A stretch of DNA of 64,000 nt. It comes from Octopus vulgaris. Taxonomy: Eukaryota. Position numbers and translations under genes: made by a program. Location of the stretch: contig OX597815.1 of assembly GCA_951406725.2 (NCBI GenBank), positions 210,800,001 to 210,864,000 of the forward strand, given 5' to 3'. Of the stretch, positions 26,736 to 39,844 are shown in pieces. Below the pieces are notes generated by a model. That model saw only the letters and a list, made by a program, of their open reading frames with translations. It was not told the origin of the DNA and did no database searches. Positions within the stretch are counted from its first letter, which is position 1; each line of letters opens with the position of its first letter.

Positions 26736-27650
26736 TAAATTTGTCGAAGGAATACTTCTTTCAAATCTATCCGTACCCAACAGTCAGTCCCACCGTACCC
26801 ACCTTTACGATGTTTGGGTATCATCTCTCCTTTATTATCATCCTATGATATCCTTTATTTTTTTCCCTTTGAAAACTATTTGGTCGCAATTTAACAAAGG
26901 TTTTCATTGTGCTGATATTTTCTCCATTGTTGCTTTAATGCATCATCAATGATACACATTAAGTCGTCAGGAATACTTTACAAATGACGCCTTCCATGCT
27001 GCCGGGACACGCCCCAACGATGCTGCCGCTACGTTCTGAGTTCAAATTCCGCCGAGGTCGACTTTGCCTTTCCTCTTTCCGGGGTCGATTAAATAAGTAC
27101 CGGTTACGCACTGGGGTCGATATAATCGACTTAATCCGTTTGTCTGACTTGTTTGTCCTCTCTGTGTTTAGCCCCTTGTGGGTAGTAAAGAAATAGGTAT
27201 TTCATCTGCCGTTAAATTCTGAGTTCAAATTCTGCCAAAGTCGACTTTGCCTTGCATCCTTTAGGGTCGATTAAATAAGTAGCATTGAGGTCGATGTAAA
27301 CCCTTTATCTGTCCTTGTTTGTCCCCTCTATGTTTAGCCCCTTGTGGGCAATAAAGAATTAAATTTGTCGAAGGAATACTTCTTTCAAATCTATCCGTAC
27401 CCAACAGTCATTACCACCTTTACGATATCTGGGGATCATCTCTCCTTTATTATCATCCTATGATATCCTTTATTTTTTTCCCTTTGAAAACTATTTGGCC
27501 GCAATTTAGCAAAGGTTTTCATTGTGCTGATATTTTCTCTATTGTTGCTTTAATGCATCATCAATGATACACATTAAGTGCTCCCTTAAGTCGTCAGGAA
27601 TACTTTACAAATGACGCCTTCCATGCTGCCGGGACACGCCCCAACGATGC
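26390..27650 (+). repeat. About 630-bp tandem duplication (2 units)
   Basis: Units 26390-27022 and 27023-27650 both start CTGCCGCTACG and end CCCCAACGATG(C); they differ by several indels and substitutions. Confidence 0.95.
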
Positions 27651-28225
27651 GTATCTTCTGTACCGATAACAATCAGCAGTCTCACACTAGCCCATCCGCT
27701 TAGCACTGTCCAGAGTAGCATGACCATATTTTTCTCGGAATAAATCAGAAACATCCCGGCTTTGTTTCTAACAATACACTCCGCATGGCATGCTGGCGCT
27801 ATTTATTATTTTAGTTCCTTATGATGAATCATTTGTTATTATTTCTTATTAATGATATTTATTTGTTTTCATTATTTTATTACTTTGAGTATTTATATTC
27901 ATATTTTTTCTTCACTTATAAAAATAAAATTATCTATTTCATTCATGTTATGCACTTAGTAAGGGGGCCAAACTATAAAATCACTGGTGATTATTATAAG
28001 GGGAAATATGAAGCACTTAGTTAAGGTATGTATAAATGGCCGTAAACCTTAAAAACACTGGTGATTATAAGCGTTGTATTGAGGGGAAATATGAAACATA
28101 TGTAATATGAGATATATATAATATGAGATAATTACAATTTGGCATGGTTAAGGAAAGAAATGTATGTATAAATGGCTGTAAAACGAGACGTTATTGAAAC
28201 AAAATGTTCTTCCATGCTAATGATA

Positions 28226-28307
28226 AATATGAGATATATATAATATGAGATATATATAATATGAGATATATATAATATGAGATATATATAATATGAGATA
28301 TATATAT
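28226..28307 (+). repeat. 16-bp minisatellite AATATGAGATATATAT x5
   Basis: Directly visible; two more units near 28103-28130. Confidence 0.9.
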
Positions 28308-29401
28308 CTTAAATTTTTATATTTCCTTCAGCATATTTATAATTTTTACTTTTGATTATTATTAATTTTGATTATATTTGTGGTTATGAATATGGCATAT
28401 ATCGACTAACGTAATGGTTGTTCGAAATATATATCAGTCAATGATGGACTCTATTCTACTCAGATTTCGTATTCAATCAATGAAACCTAAGAGCTGCTCT
28501 ATTAACTGCCTTGCACAACGAGTAAGCCTTAAAACTTAAGGAACAGTGCAATGGTTTGCTTCAACATTTAGTATGCTAAAAGCTTAAAATTGAGATAAGT
28601 TTGCCATGAAAAAGAGAAAAAAATCAAACGCTTCGAGTGGGTACACCATGCCAAATAGGTAAGATATGCCAAACTTATTAATCCTAGTTTTCAACTGTTT
28701 TTCACAAAACAACTTAGTACCTAGTAGTATGTATACTAGCTAAATTGAGATCGCATTACTGGGAGAACTGCTTTCCATCTAACAAATGATATTGTTAATT
28801 TTTTGGGTGTAAATGTGTAATTTAAATATTTTTACAGTAAAACCTGAATAAGAGGGTTGCACCTGCGCTGCTAGGTGACATTATTCCAGCGGTGGAGGAG
28901 TGTGTAACACTTATTAAGGGTATATAGTGGAATTATTCGAGATTATGATAGGACGAGGTTCGTGTGTTATGTTGGCGTATTTGGCGACGTATGTAACTTA
29001 TGCTTCCGTAAAAGAAGACGCCACTGTCGTACTAAAGACAGAGTGAAGAGTTCTCACAACTAAGAGTGACTAGTAAAGTTATATTTCTAATTGAAGTTTT
29101 TCGGGGCATTTGTATCGTCTTCATTTGGATGCGATATATGATGTCGGTGGGTATTGCAGGGAAACTATTGCAGATATGTCCGCGATTCTTGCCCATGGTA
29201 CATGAGCTTTGTGGACATAATCTTCAAAACAAACAATGAGAAACCGTCTAGGAAGGTTGGGAAATGCTGAACGCTCTTGCATTATTATATTATTAAAAAC
29301 AACGATTATTGATGTGGATGATAGAATCCGTAGACTATGAGAACATATATCTGCTTTGTTTAGTTGCACCTCTTGTATTTGATTGCCACGATTGCTTTGG
29401 C

Positions 29402-29831
29402 GGAACTTTTCGGTTTGAACGGCAGTTTTTTCTAGCGGTGTCATATGAAATTGTCACCCATAATTATAACCCTAGAATCGACCTATTGCATTTCAATCTC
29501 TTTTAGGGTTAGGTTTAGTTAGGTTAGGGTTAGGGGTGGGGGGAAGGGTATCTTATTTTCTTCACAAATGTAAATAAACCCTGTCTGTTTCTTAAACGAG
29601 GAACATATTCATACGGCACAGAATGTTTTTAACTCAATAGACGTCACTGATTGGTTGCAGTTGCAGAAATTGAAGAAAAAAGCAACAAATATCTTACAAA
29701 CTATAGAATTTTCTCAATAAAGCCAAGAGAAAAATATGTTTTATAAGCACATTCTACCAGTATACAAAGTTTAAAATTTTTTAGTTACCTAGAAATTATG
29801 TTAAAAACTGCCGTTCAAACCGAAAAGATCC
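29402..29831. mobile_element. MITE with 29-bp TIRs, 8-bp TSD and internal TTAGGG-like repeats
   Basis: TIR GGA(A/T)CTTTTCGGTTTGAACGGCAGTTTTT at 29402-29430 and 29803-29831 (1 mismatch); TSD GCTTTGGC at 29394-29401 and 29832-29839. Confidence 0.93.
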
Positions 29832-30246
29832 GCTTTGGCTATATATTCTTCAAGATTTGATACAAGTACTCTTTAATGTTATAAGGACGCTTACTTTTAG
29901 AATAACCATCTCTATTAAATCTGTGGTCTTGGGCTACTATTATGAATCGGGAATATTAATGGAAATACTATTCGGTAAAAAGGTTATTTCGAAATATGAA
30001 TAATACAGACAAAATAGGTTTTGTAATCACAAGTCTTTTATGCGAAAAAATATTCTCGCAAACTTGCTGTAAGATATATATTGCTTTAGAGCTGATTCTG
30101 AATATTGGTAGAGACGTGCTACTATTTTTAGTTGTTAGTCTGAAGACTATGTTTGTGTATGAATTAATTTCACTATTGTACATACACATACTCACGCGCG
30201 CACGCACACACGTACACTCACTCACACACACACATTCGTACATACA

Positions 30247-30291
<45 letters not shown>

Positions 30292-30334
30292 TTGTATACG
30301 CGTAAATGCATACATACATATATAAATATGTATA

Positions 30335-30378
<44 letters not shown>

Positions 30379-30380
30379 AC

Positions 30381-30411
<31 letters not shown>

Positions 30412-31560
30412 ATATGTAATGAAAGACGGAAAAAAAGGAGTGGAAATAGGAGAGATTCAGTTAGTTTATGTGAAAATATTTTATTGAAAATCCGAGTAAA
30501 AGGTCAGTTATGCAGTAATGAATAAATCGATTAAATTTGTCTCATAGTTCAGATTTTTCCGTTTGTGTTGATATACATAATCAGATAATTCTAAGCTATA
30601 TATTTATACAGATATATATAGTATACAGTATATGTATATGCATATATATGTACATGAATATATATATATATATATATATATATGCATATGAATATACATA
30701 CATATATGTGTCTGTGTGCGTGTATAGATGTATGTATGTATGTACGTATGTATGTATATATGTATGTATAATGTATGTACGTATGCATATAATATGTTTT
30801 ATGAGTTTATGTATCTCAGAAAATCCTAAGTATATACATAATTTAGTCTCTTTTCTTTGACAGCGTATATTTCAATAAAATGCCTCTAAGATCAAATGAC
30901 TGGTTTTTTTGCATCTAAGACAATTTAATTGAATTACACCAGCTTTTGTTTTAATAAATCTTTCTAAGGTACAATGTCCATTCTCCACGAGAAAATTAAT
31001 GATGACCTCAATAATTGTCTGGCACTATGCAATAATCTAATGTCACTCCCTTTTTCCAGCAATAATGTTGTTCTGTCTTACAGAGTTGTACTTTCGCTTT
31101 AAAATAATTATGGATTTGATGAAATAAGAATGTGTTGTACGCGTAACTTTTTATGGGAGCATCGTAACTTGTTTCGAATGGCACAGAAACATTTATAGTC
31201 TTTCCTACTTAAAATCAATATTGACTTGCTTGTCAATAACGACTTCATTCAATTAAATAAAGCGACTGTGTTCCAGGGTGTAATGTTGCCAATGATCTAA
31301 ATCCTCTATATTAGCAGTTCTTATTTTATTGAACTTTTAATTTCAGTAGCAATAATTTTACTCAAAGGCAGTTATGTATATGACTTTACACAATATTCTA
31401 TCTTTTACAGATTTTGGTCTATTGAATGATTTTGCTTAATTTATTGGATTTCAGCTCTATATAAACATCCATCTTGACCATATATGTATAGACGAACATG
31501 CTTACATATGTATGTATGTATATGCAAGTATTTATATATATATATATATATATACATATA

Positions 31561-31876
31561 TAAAATTATAATTTAGGGTATCTAAGTGATACCACCACGC
31601 TTGAAATAGCAGTCAAAACCTGACTCTAAAACCACATTAAATGTTCATACAGCAACAATATCAGTGTATTCCACTGATGAAGGCAAAGAAAGAATTTCTT
31701 ATGCAAAGCCAGAAATCCGGGATCTGGAATTATCTAGTAATTTGTTTGCTAATTTATTTTATCTTTTTGTTTTCTCTCCTGGTGCTGTATGAACATTTAA
31801 TGTGGTTTTAGAGTCTGGTTTTGACTGCTATTTCAAACGTGGTGGTATCTTTTAGATACCCTAAATTATAATTTTA
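31561..31876. repeat. Foldback: about 94-bp inverted arms around a hammerhead-containing spacer (Penelope pLTR-like)
   Basis: 31561-31654 is the reverse complement of 31783-31876 with few mismatches; abuts a (TA)n tract. Confidence 0.9.
31668..31730 (+). ncRNA. Type I hammerhead ribozyme motif
   Basis: AUUCCA-CUGAUGA-A-GGC...GCC-A-GAAA-UCCGGGAUC-UGGAAU: 6-bp stem I, intact core, short stem III AUC/GAU, triplet AUC. Confidence 0.65.
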
Positions 31877-32653
31877 AATAATTATTACCTTTGAAAGGTT
31901 TTTATTCCCTTGCCGGCCACCTGATAAGATCGGTATTTAAATATCGATCTTATCCTTCTGAAGCCATATGATGAAACATATTCACTTAGTCACTATGTAA
32001 TAGCGTGTGAGTAGTAATATCGTCTCATATGAATGGCAATACATTTTCCTATGTAAAATTATATCCTAAACAATCTCTAGGAAGCGTATATACATACTTG
32101 AATCTTAGTGGCAGCATTTCAATTTCCAATTAGTTCAAAATGTGATTGCATACAATATAAGTTCAGAGACACTCAAAATACATTTGCTTGGGACCTATTG
32201 AGAAATATATTATGTCACCTACACGCAAATATTAAAATGCTCCTCCGTTATATCCGTTTGCATATTTCTCCTGACAGACAGCAATGAAGTCTAAAATGAA
32301 TCCAAAAAGGTAATTTTTATCCCACTTTGTATTTATTTATATACCCAGGTTTCTATGTCGGTATATATCAAATACTTTTATTAAATTTAAGTATTTGCAT
32401 ATCATTGGAGCAGATGTGTTTACAGCAAATTGTTTTTGTTTCTGTTATAAGTCACTCAGCTATGGAGGAAATGTAGAAATGTTTTTAGCAAATAAAAATG
32501 CTCGAACACGCACGGGTTATGTTTGAACATGTTTTTGTTTTTGTATTTTTCCCTGATTTAACCGATTTGGTCTAGACTATAAAGAAGAACAAATGTTTAA
32601 TATATACCACGAATTTTACTTCACAACTTTTCGTTAATATTTGATATAGATAA

Positions 32654-32878
32654 AGCAGTGAGCTGGCAGAACCGTTAGCATGCTGGGCAAAATGTTTAGC
32701 GACATTTCGTTAATCTTCATGTTCTGAGTTCAAATTCCGCCCCAGTTCAAATTTCCACTTTGCCTTTCAGTTTTTCAGAGTTGATAAAATAAACGGCAGT
32801 TGAGTCCTGGGGTTGATGTAATCGACTTGTTCCCTCCCCATAAATTGTTGGCTTTGTGTCAAAATTTGCACACAATAT
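32654..32878 (+). mobile_element. SINE family B copy
   Basis: Head GTGAGCTGGCAGAACCGTTAGC, then GTTCTGAGTTCAAATTCCGCC and the family tail. Confidence 0.88.
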
Positions 32879-33892
32879 AAGATATATTAATAAATCTATA
32901 CTTCTTTGTGATTATTCATGCCAGATAGTATAAACTAAAACAACCGTTTTCTGGCAAGAATTTAGCATAAACCATAATACAAAAACATAATTTTTCTCTG
33001 GGGTAGTAAATATGACGGTATTTCCTTCCTAATAGAAATTTGTCCTGCATTAAGAGGGTGGTGGAGAAGCATTTAAAGAAACTCGTATCAATAACATAAT
33101 AATTTTCCTGCTTATTCTACCATCCACCACCAGCACCACAAATGTTTTCACTCTAGAAAAAAATAGGTAAACAACGAAACCATTCATCAATTCATTAGCA
33201 TCTTAATTGTTTGACTATGACTGCCAAATCAAAAAGATTTAGTCAGATATTGTACCACAACTTCAAACAATTTATATCTTCCCAGACTACGATAAAACAA
33301 AAAAAAATATAGAATACTTCCTCTTTAATAAGATCTTCTATTTCCTTTAACTTTCTATGAAATCACTTTCATAATTTGCCGTCATTACTGTTAAACTGTT
33401 TCCTCGTATCCACTATTGTCTAGTTTAAAATTATCATAATTTGATGGAGAGTAATTTCTTATTATTATTCGCATCTTCACAGATCTCTTCTTCAAAGGTT
33501 TCGAGGCACTCAACTTGAACAATCTCCAAATTTATTTCCTCCTTAAATATTACGGTGTAAGAGAAATAACATATATGTCCTTTATAATGTGAGACAAAGT
33601 GGTGTAGTTATTTCACTGCATTCGTGTGAATACATAAAACAGATATATTATTTATGGTTAATACATGAACGTGTATATACACAGGAGTGACAGTGAGTGG
33701 AAGCCTCAGATCGAGAGAGTAGATAAATAGATCGAAAGACTGATTGATATATATATAGATACATTTCCACATGCACGTAACTTTACGCATACACACACAC
33801 GCACACACATATATATACATACATACATATATATATACATATATATGTATATATATATATAATATGTATGTATGTATGTATATATACATACT

Positions 33893-33971
<79 letters not shown>

Positions 33972-34387
33972 ATATATATGCATATATAAAATGGAACAAA
34001 AATGCAATAGAGGACAATAAAACATTTGGACAGATAGACGATACAAAAGGCAGACAGGAGAAACAAAAATTAGAAGGACAGGCAAAAAAAGACGTGTCAT
34101 TCGTGGCCTTCAGCAGCCAGGCCAAGAAAGGAAAATCATGGTTGGCCGGACACCAGTCACGTGGAAGGAGGAGAGAGGGTGAGGAGCAGCGGGATTGAAG
34201 GACTAGAAAAATATCCGACAAAAGGAAGGGCACAGGGGAGATAAACGAGGAGGAAAAGTGGGAGATAAAGAGAGAGCCAAGAATTGTGAGAGAGAGAGAT
34301 GTGGGGAGCGAGAAAAACGAAAGAGGTAGAAAGTAAGAGGGGGAATGAAAGATAGACTAAGACGGTCGTACAAAATTTAGATACATA

Positions 34388-34770
34388 ACTATTTCTTTAC
34401 TACCCACAAGAGGCTAAACATAGAAGGGACAAACAAGGACAGACAAACAGATTAAGTCGATTATATCGACCTTAGTGCTCAGCTGGTACTTATTTTATCG
34501 ACCCCAAAAGGATGAAAGGCAAAGTCGACCTCGGCGGAATTTGAACTCAGAACGTAGCGGCAGACGAAATGCCTATTTCTTTACTACCCACAAGGGGATA
34601 CACACAGAGGAGACGAACAAGGACAGACAAACGGATTAAGTCGATTATATCGACCCCAGTGCGTACCTGGTACTTATTTAATCGAGGCAAAGTCAACCTC
34701 GGCAGCAGACGAAATATCGCTAAGCATTTCGCCCGGCGTGCTAACGTTTCTGCCACGTCACCGCCTTAAC
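34388..34770 (-). mobile_element. SINE family B dimer with 13-bp TSD
   Basis: ATTTAGATACATA at 34375-34387 and 34771-34783 flanks two body units plus the head. Confidence 0.92.
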
Positions 34771-34873
34771 ATTTAGATACATATCTACTATAAGGTGAGC
34801 ATAAATATGTACGTACACATTTATGTGTATATATATTCATTCATATAAATATATAGATATTTCTATCATTCTT

Positions 34874-34969
<96 letters not shown>

Positions 34970-35379
34970 GCAAATATATAAATACATTTATCGATATATA
35001 TCTGCATACATAAATACACGCATCCTCACGCGCACACAGATGTGCATCAAACGTACATATTTACACACACACACACACAGACACACACACATACATATAT
35101 ATATACATATGTTTTGTTCTTGTTGCTGTTGTTTTCTGCCCCAAAGGGGTTTTCCAACCCAGTATTGCCACGCTATTATTCATAGCTTCATGAGATGTGC
35201 TTCGATGTCAACAGCTACAAAAAAGAATTATTGTAGGGCTGTAAGTAAATATCGAAACGCTTTGAGTTTTATGATAACTATCCCAATTATATGTTAAGTT
35301 CAACAAAATCCTGAGTGAGTTAAGTGCGAGAGGCTGAGTAATTCACCGATTGTTGTAATCTGCAGATTGTAAAAAAACA

Positions 35380-35790
35380 GGCGCAGGAGTGGCTGTGTGG
35401 TAAGTAGCTTGTTTACCAACCACATGGTTCCGGGTTCAGTCCCACTGCGTGCCATCTTGGGCAAGTGTCTTCTGCTATATCCTCGGGCCGACCAAATCCA
35501 AGTGAGTGGACTAGGTAGATGGAAACTGAAAGACGCCTGTCGTATATATGTATATATATATATATATGTGTGTGTATATGTTTGTGTGTCTGTGTTTGTC
35601 CCCCCCACCATCGCTTGACAACCGATGCTGGTGTGTTTATGTCCCCGTCACTTAGCGGTTCGGCAAAAAGATACCGATTGAATAAGTACTGGGCTTACAA
35701 AAGAATAAGTCCCGGGGTCGATTTGCTTGACTAAAGGTGGTGCTCCAGCATGGCCGCAATCAAATGACTGAAACAAGTAAAATAGTAAAA
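35380..35790 (+). mobile_element. SINE family A, full length
   Basis: Aligns to the 11519 copy over head, core and tail. Confidence 0.92.
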
Positions 35791-36799
35791 TCACCTTAAC
35801 AAGATCTATCACAAATCTGTTAGTTTAAATTACAAACACCGTCCACACGAGAATTTTCATACGGGATTGGCAATATATAAGAATTTAAATACGGTGTGCG
35901 GTAGAAATCTAATCTAGTGGTGGTCTAATTTAGGAAGGTCTTGTGCATGTCAGCATTCTCCAGCACTTTGTGTGTGACCTGGAAGGGCACTTAACATCCC
36001 TTACAGCCGTTGAGTAGATCACTGCAACTTTAGTTACCAGATATTTGAGATAAATGCTGAAGTGGTTTCCCGCTGCCTTATTCAGACAGGTAGGATTTGA
36101 ACTAAGAGTGTAGAGAACCAGAAGATATACTGTACAGCATTTCTGCGAATGCGGCAACGATTTTCCACACTCCCATCCGCAGGACAATGTGAAATGAAGT
36201 GATGACGTGTTGTGTTATATATATATATATATATATACATACAAATATACAAAACACATAATTACATACATATATACATACATGTACGTATACACACATA
36301 TATACATACAGATATATATATATAGGCATAATGTGTATGTGTGTATACATACGTACACGCATGTATTGATGGTTACACACATAATATTTGTGCGCATATA
36401 AAAGTTTGTAAAGAGATGATGAAACAAACAACACCACACTAACACACGCTCACACACACACATACAAACAAACAGCAGACACACATATCCATAGAGAGAC
36501 ACTCGCATTTCTGAGCAGATAAAATTTCTCACATTCATAATCAGTAGCTCGAAAAAATAAATAAAAAGAATACCGTACTGTTATAAATTAGATATGTATG
36601 ATAATAAGACCTCTGATAAATTAGAAATGTATGATTATTAGGCCTCCACTGATAATTGGGATGTAACACAGGAAATCTTGAGATCAAAGACTCTGGAATT
36701 TCATACGGATATTTATTTTTATCCGTTAACAAACAGATTGTGCTGATTTCAGCATATATACATCTCTATCGTCATATTAACGCTCACTTAATGATTTGG

Positions 36800-37255
<456 letters not shown>

Positions 37256-38095
37256 TAACATTGAAATGCTGGTTTTATGCATTGACACGTACGCATTGAA
37301 AATAACTACATCACTTCGACTGTATATTCTATTTCTTCTATTGCGTAACACTTAGGAGAGAATCGGTGTATGAACCTGTGTACGCGCACGTGAGTGTGCA
37401 TATATATATATATTTATATATATAAATTATCACCTAGCAAATTATCTTTTTTGCTAAACTAAAATCAGAAACCAATTGGTCCAGGAAACTATATGTTAAA
37501 CGTTTTTATGTTTTCATTTCGTTCCATTCGGGATTTTATCCCTAATTTTGTGGTTTTGGAACCTAGCTGTTCTTTCTAGTGTGATTAATCCCATGAGTGG
37601 ATTCCTCTTATGTGTTTAAATGTACACTGTATTTTATGAGTAATACATAGTCTTTCGACTAAATTTTTACACTCTAGGTCACTGGAAGTGAAAATTTCTA
37701 TTAAAATATCGAAGGGAAATTTTCCCTTTCCCTCCGATATGATTAAGTATATATATATATATATAAGTAAATAAATAAATTAATCAATTAATTAATTAAT
37801 TAATTAATTAAATAATATATAAATATAAAAATATACATACATATATATATATATATATATATTTGTATATATATATATAAAATTTGTAAGTTTAAATTAT
37901 TTAAATAATTTTTTATTTTTAACTTTTATATTTTAAATTAATTTTATGTATTGGCTTATGTTTTTCACTGTTTGATTTGCCTAATAGTGGTTTTATCTCT
38001 AAGTTAATATAATATAATATATTTATACTATAAAATTGGATTTAATCCTCAATCTCATTTTTCCCTGTAAGTTTGGATTTATTCCCTAATATTAT

Positions 38096-38175
<80 letters not shown>

Positions 38176-38224
38176 TATATACACACGTATTCACACCTAT
38201 GTATATAATATATATATTTCTATA

Positions 38225-38500
38225 TATTTTTTCTTTTAGTACTTTGAGGCAGAGGTTGCGGCTATGTTGGAACTTTACTTTAGCGTGATTCGTTTTGATT
38301 TCATATTCATTTACCATTTTTCTTTGCCTTGAACACCACAGGTGTTCAAGAGAGCTGAGTGTGCCTGATTCTTGCATTTGCGTCTGCGAAGTAGTTCCAT
38401 TCTAATGTCTCAGATAAACATCCGTTCATATGTTCTTTGAAACATCTACATTTGCTCATCAAACACCATTGAAGTTGCTTGGCAGAGTGTTGAAAACCTT
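38225..38500 (-). mobile_element. Decayed Penelope-like GIY-YIG endonuclease C-terminus
   Basis: GV..ANV, TY.G, TQLS/EHLW, NEYEIK, RNLCLK..EK match the PLE endonuclease tail pattern T.LS..IW....Y.I.W...C.LCL.EK; lies between (TA)n tracts. Confidence 0.55.
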
Positions 38501-38903
38501 TGAACGATTGAAAGCTAAGGGGTTACTGTACTAAGACCTGACGCTAGAGGGAGAGGACGGGTTCTTTTCTACTATACAGTGGTGTCTAATGTGAGGTATG
38601 TGGTATATCTTTCTATCCCAAAGCTACCCCATATATTGTCCAAGATTTTTCGTATAATTATATATATATATATACGTATATTTGTATGTATGCATGTATA
38701 TATATGTGTGTGTGCGAGCATGTACGTATGCAGACGTTGTGAACGCAGGAGGTTTATGTCTATGTATTGTGAGAATATGGTTGGGTGTGTGTGTATATAT
38801 ATATGCTATATACATATTTTATGCATTTTCCTTTTCACTTTTTCCACTTATTAGAGTCACTTCCCTTATATTTAACGGTTTTTCGAAGCCTCTGTTGCCA
38901 TAA

Positions 38904-38962
38904 ATAGCCGACGAGAATGTATTGTAGCTCTTTGCTCCAGCATTCGAGACTCCGAGTACTAT
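38904..38962 (+). ncRNA. Variant/decayed hammerhead motif
   Basis: AUAG-CCGACGA-GAAUG...CAUUC-GAGA-CUCCGAGUA-CUAU: stems I, II and III all pair; core deviates at U4C and A14G; triplet GUA. Confidence 0.55.
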
Positions 38963-39058
38963 AATGACAACTTTTTACTGTTAGTTCTAATTTATAACAT
39001 TTATAAATGATCCTCTATTTCTCTAATATCGAGGTCTTATTCTTTTGTTGTTACATTT

Positions 39059-39101
<43 letters not shown>

Positions 39102-39192
39102 TAATCCAAACAAGAAAACACAAAAAAACAACGCGAGGACGTGGAACAAATAAAGTATTATTGGACGCTCAGGAAAGAAGGAAAGAAGGACG

Positions 39193-39227
39193 GTTTAACG
39201 TTTCGAGCGGAGCTCTTCGTCGGAAAC
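39193..39227 (-). ncRNA. Minimal hammerhead motif (U4C variant) in a pLTR-like repeat (about 39098-39275)
   Basis: GUUU-CCGACGA-A-GAGC-UCC-GCUC-GAAAC-GUU-AAAC; palindromic AACGUU; the repeat is flanked by (TA)n on both sides. Confidence 0.62.
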
Positions 39228-39275
39228 ATAGGAGAAGGAAAGATCCCGAGAAGGGAAGACAGAGGAAAGCGGTAC

Positions 39276-39340
<65 letters not shown>

Positions 39341-39844
39341 GTGAGAGATACCAAAGTGTACGTACGCCGCTATATTTTATATATAAAAAATACAAAAATG
39401 GGACAAGAACGCAAAACATCCAGACAGTTGAGACCAAAAAAAAAGGAAAACAAAATATCCAGACAGATGATACAAGGAAAACAAGGATGGATCATTCGGA
39501 GTTTTCTATACTCAGTCGAGTTCCAGATTATATTTACAATTTCGGCTGACATCTATATTCCTTCCTGTGCTGTTTAAATCCTATGTCCCTGCCGTTAGAC
39601 ATTATTCCACACACGCCAGCTTAATTAAATTCGTCCTTAGTCGAAAGACACCTGTAGTAATGTCCTATTATTTATATTTGTGTAACATTTCTGCTTATTT
39701 TTCGTCCCTGTTTCGTATACATTCACTGCCTTCTTCCAAAGAATGTAATGCTCTTAGCTTATTTTTCTTTGGGGCTGGCCAGATTGGAGCAATCTCGAGT
39801 AAAACCAGCCGAAATTGCAAAGAAAATTAGTTTTACATTTTTAC

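Noticed and set aside
29502-29548. Telomere or chromosome fusion scar
   Set aside because: Only a few degenerate units, enclosed within a TIR/TSD-bounded element.
32480-33110. Ulp1-like protease remnant on the minus strand (YVIDTSFF...)
   Set aside because: Catalytic HW and DCG motifs are not recoverable; too weak to call.
36645-36697. Hammerhead-like TCCA-CTGATAA...CTC-TGGA
   Set aside because: G8 and GAAA are missing; at most a decayed relic.
37468-37485. GAAACCAATTGGTC-CAGG, 3' half of a hammerhead
   Set aside because: Palindromic stem III and GUC are present, but no upstream CUGANGA; probably a truncated pLTR and not counted.
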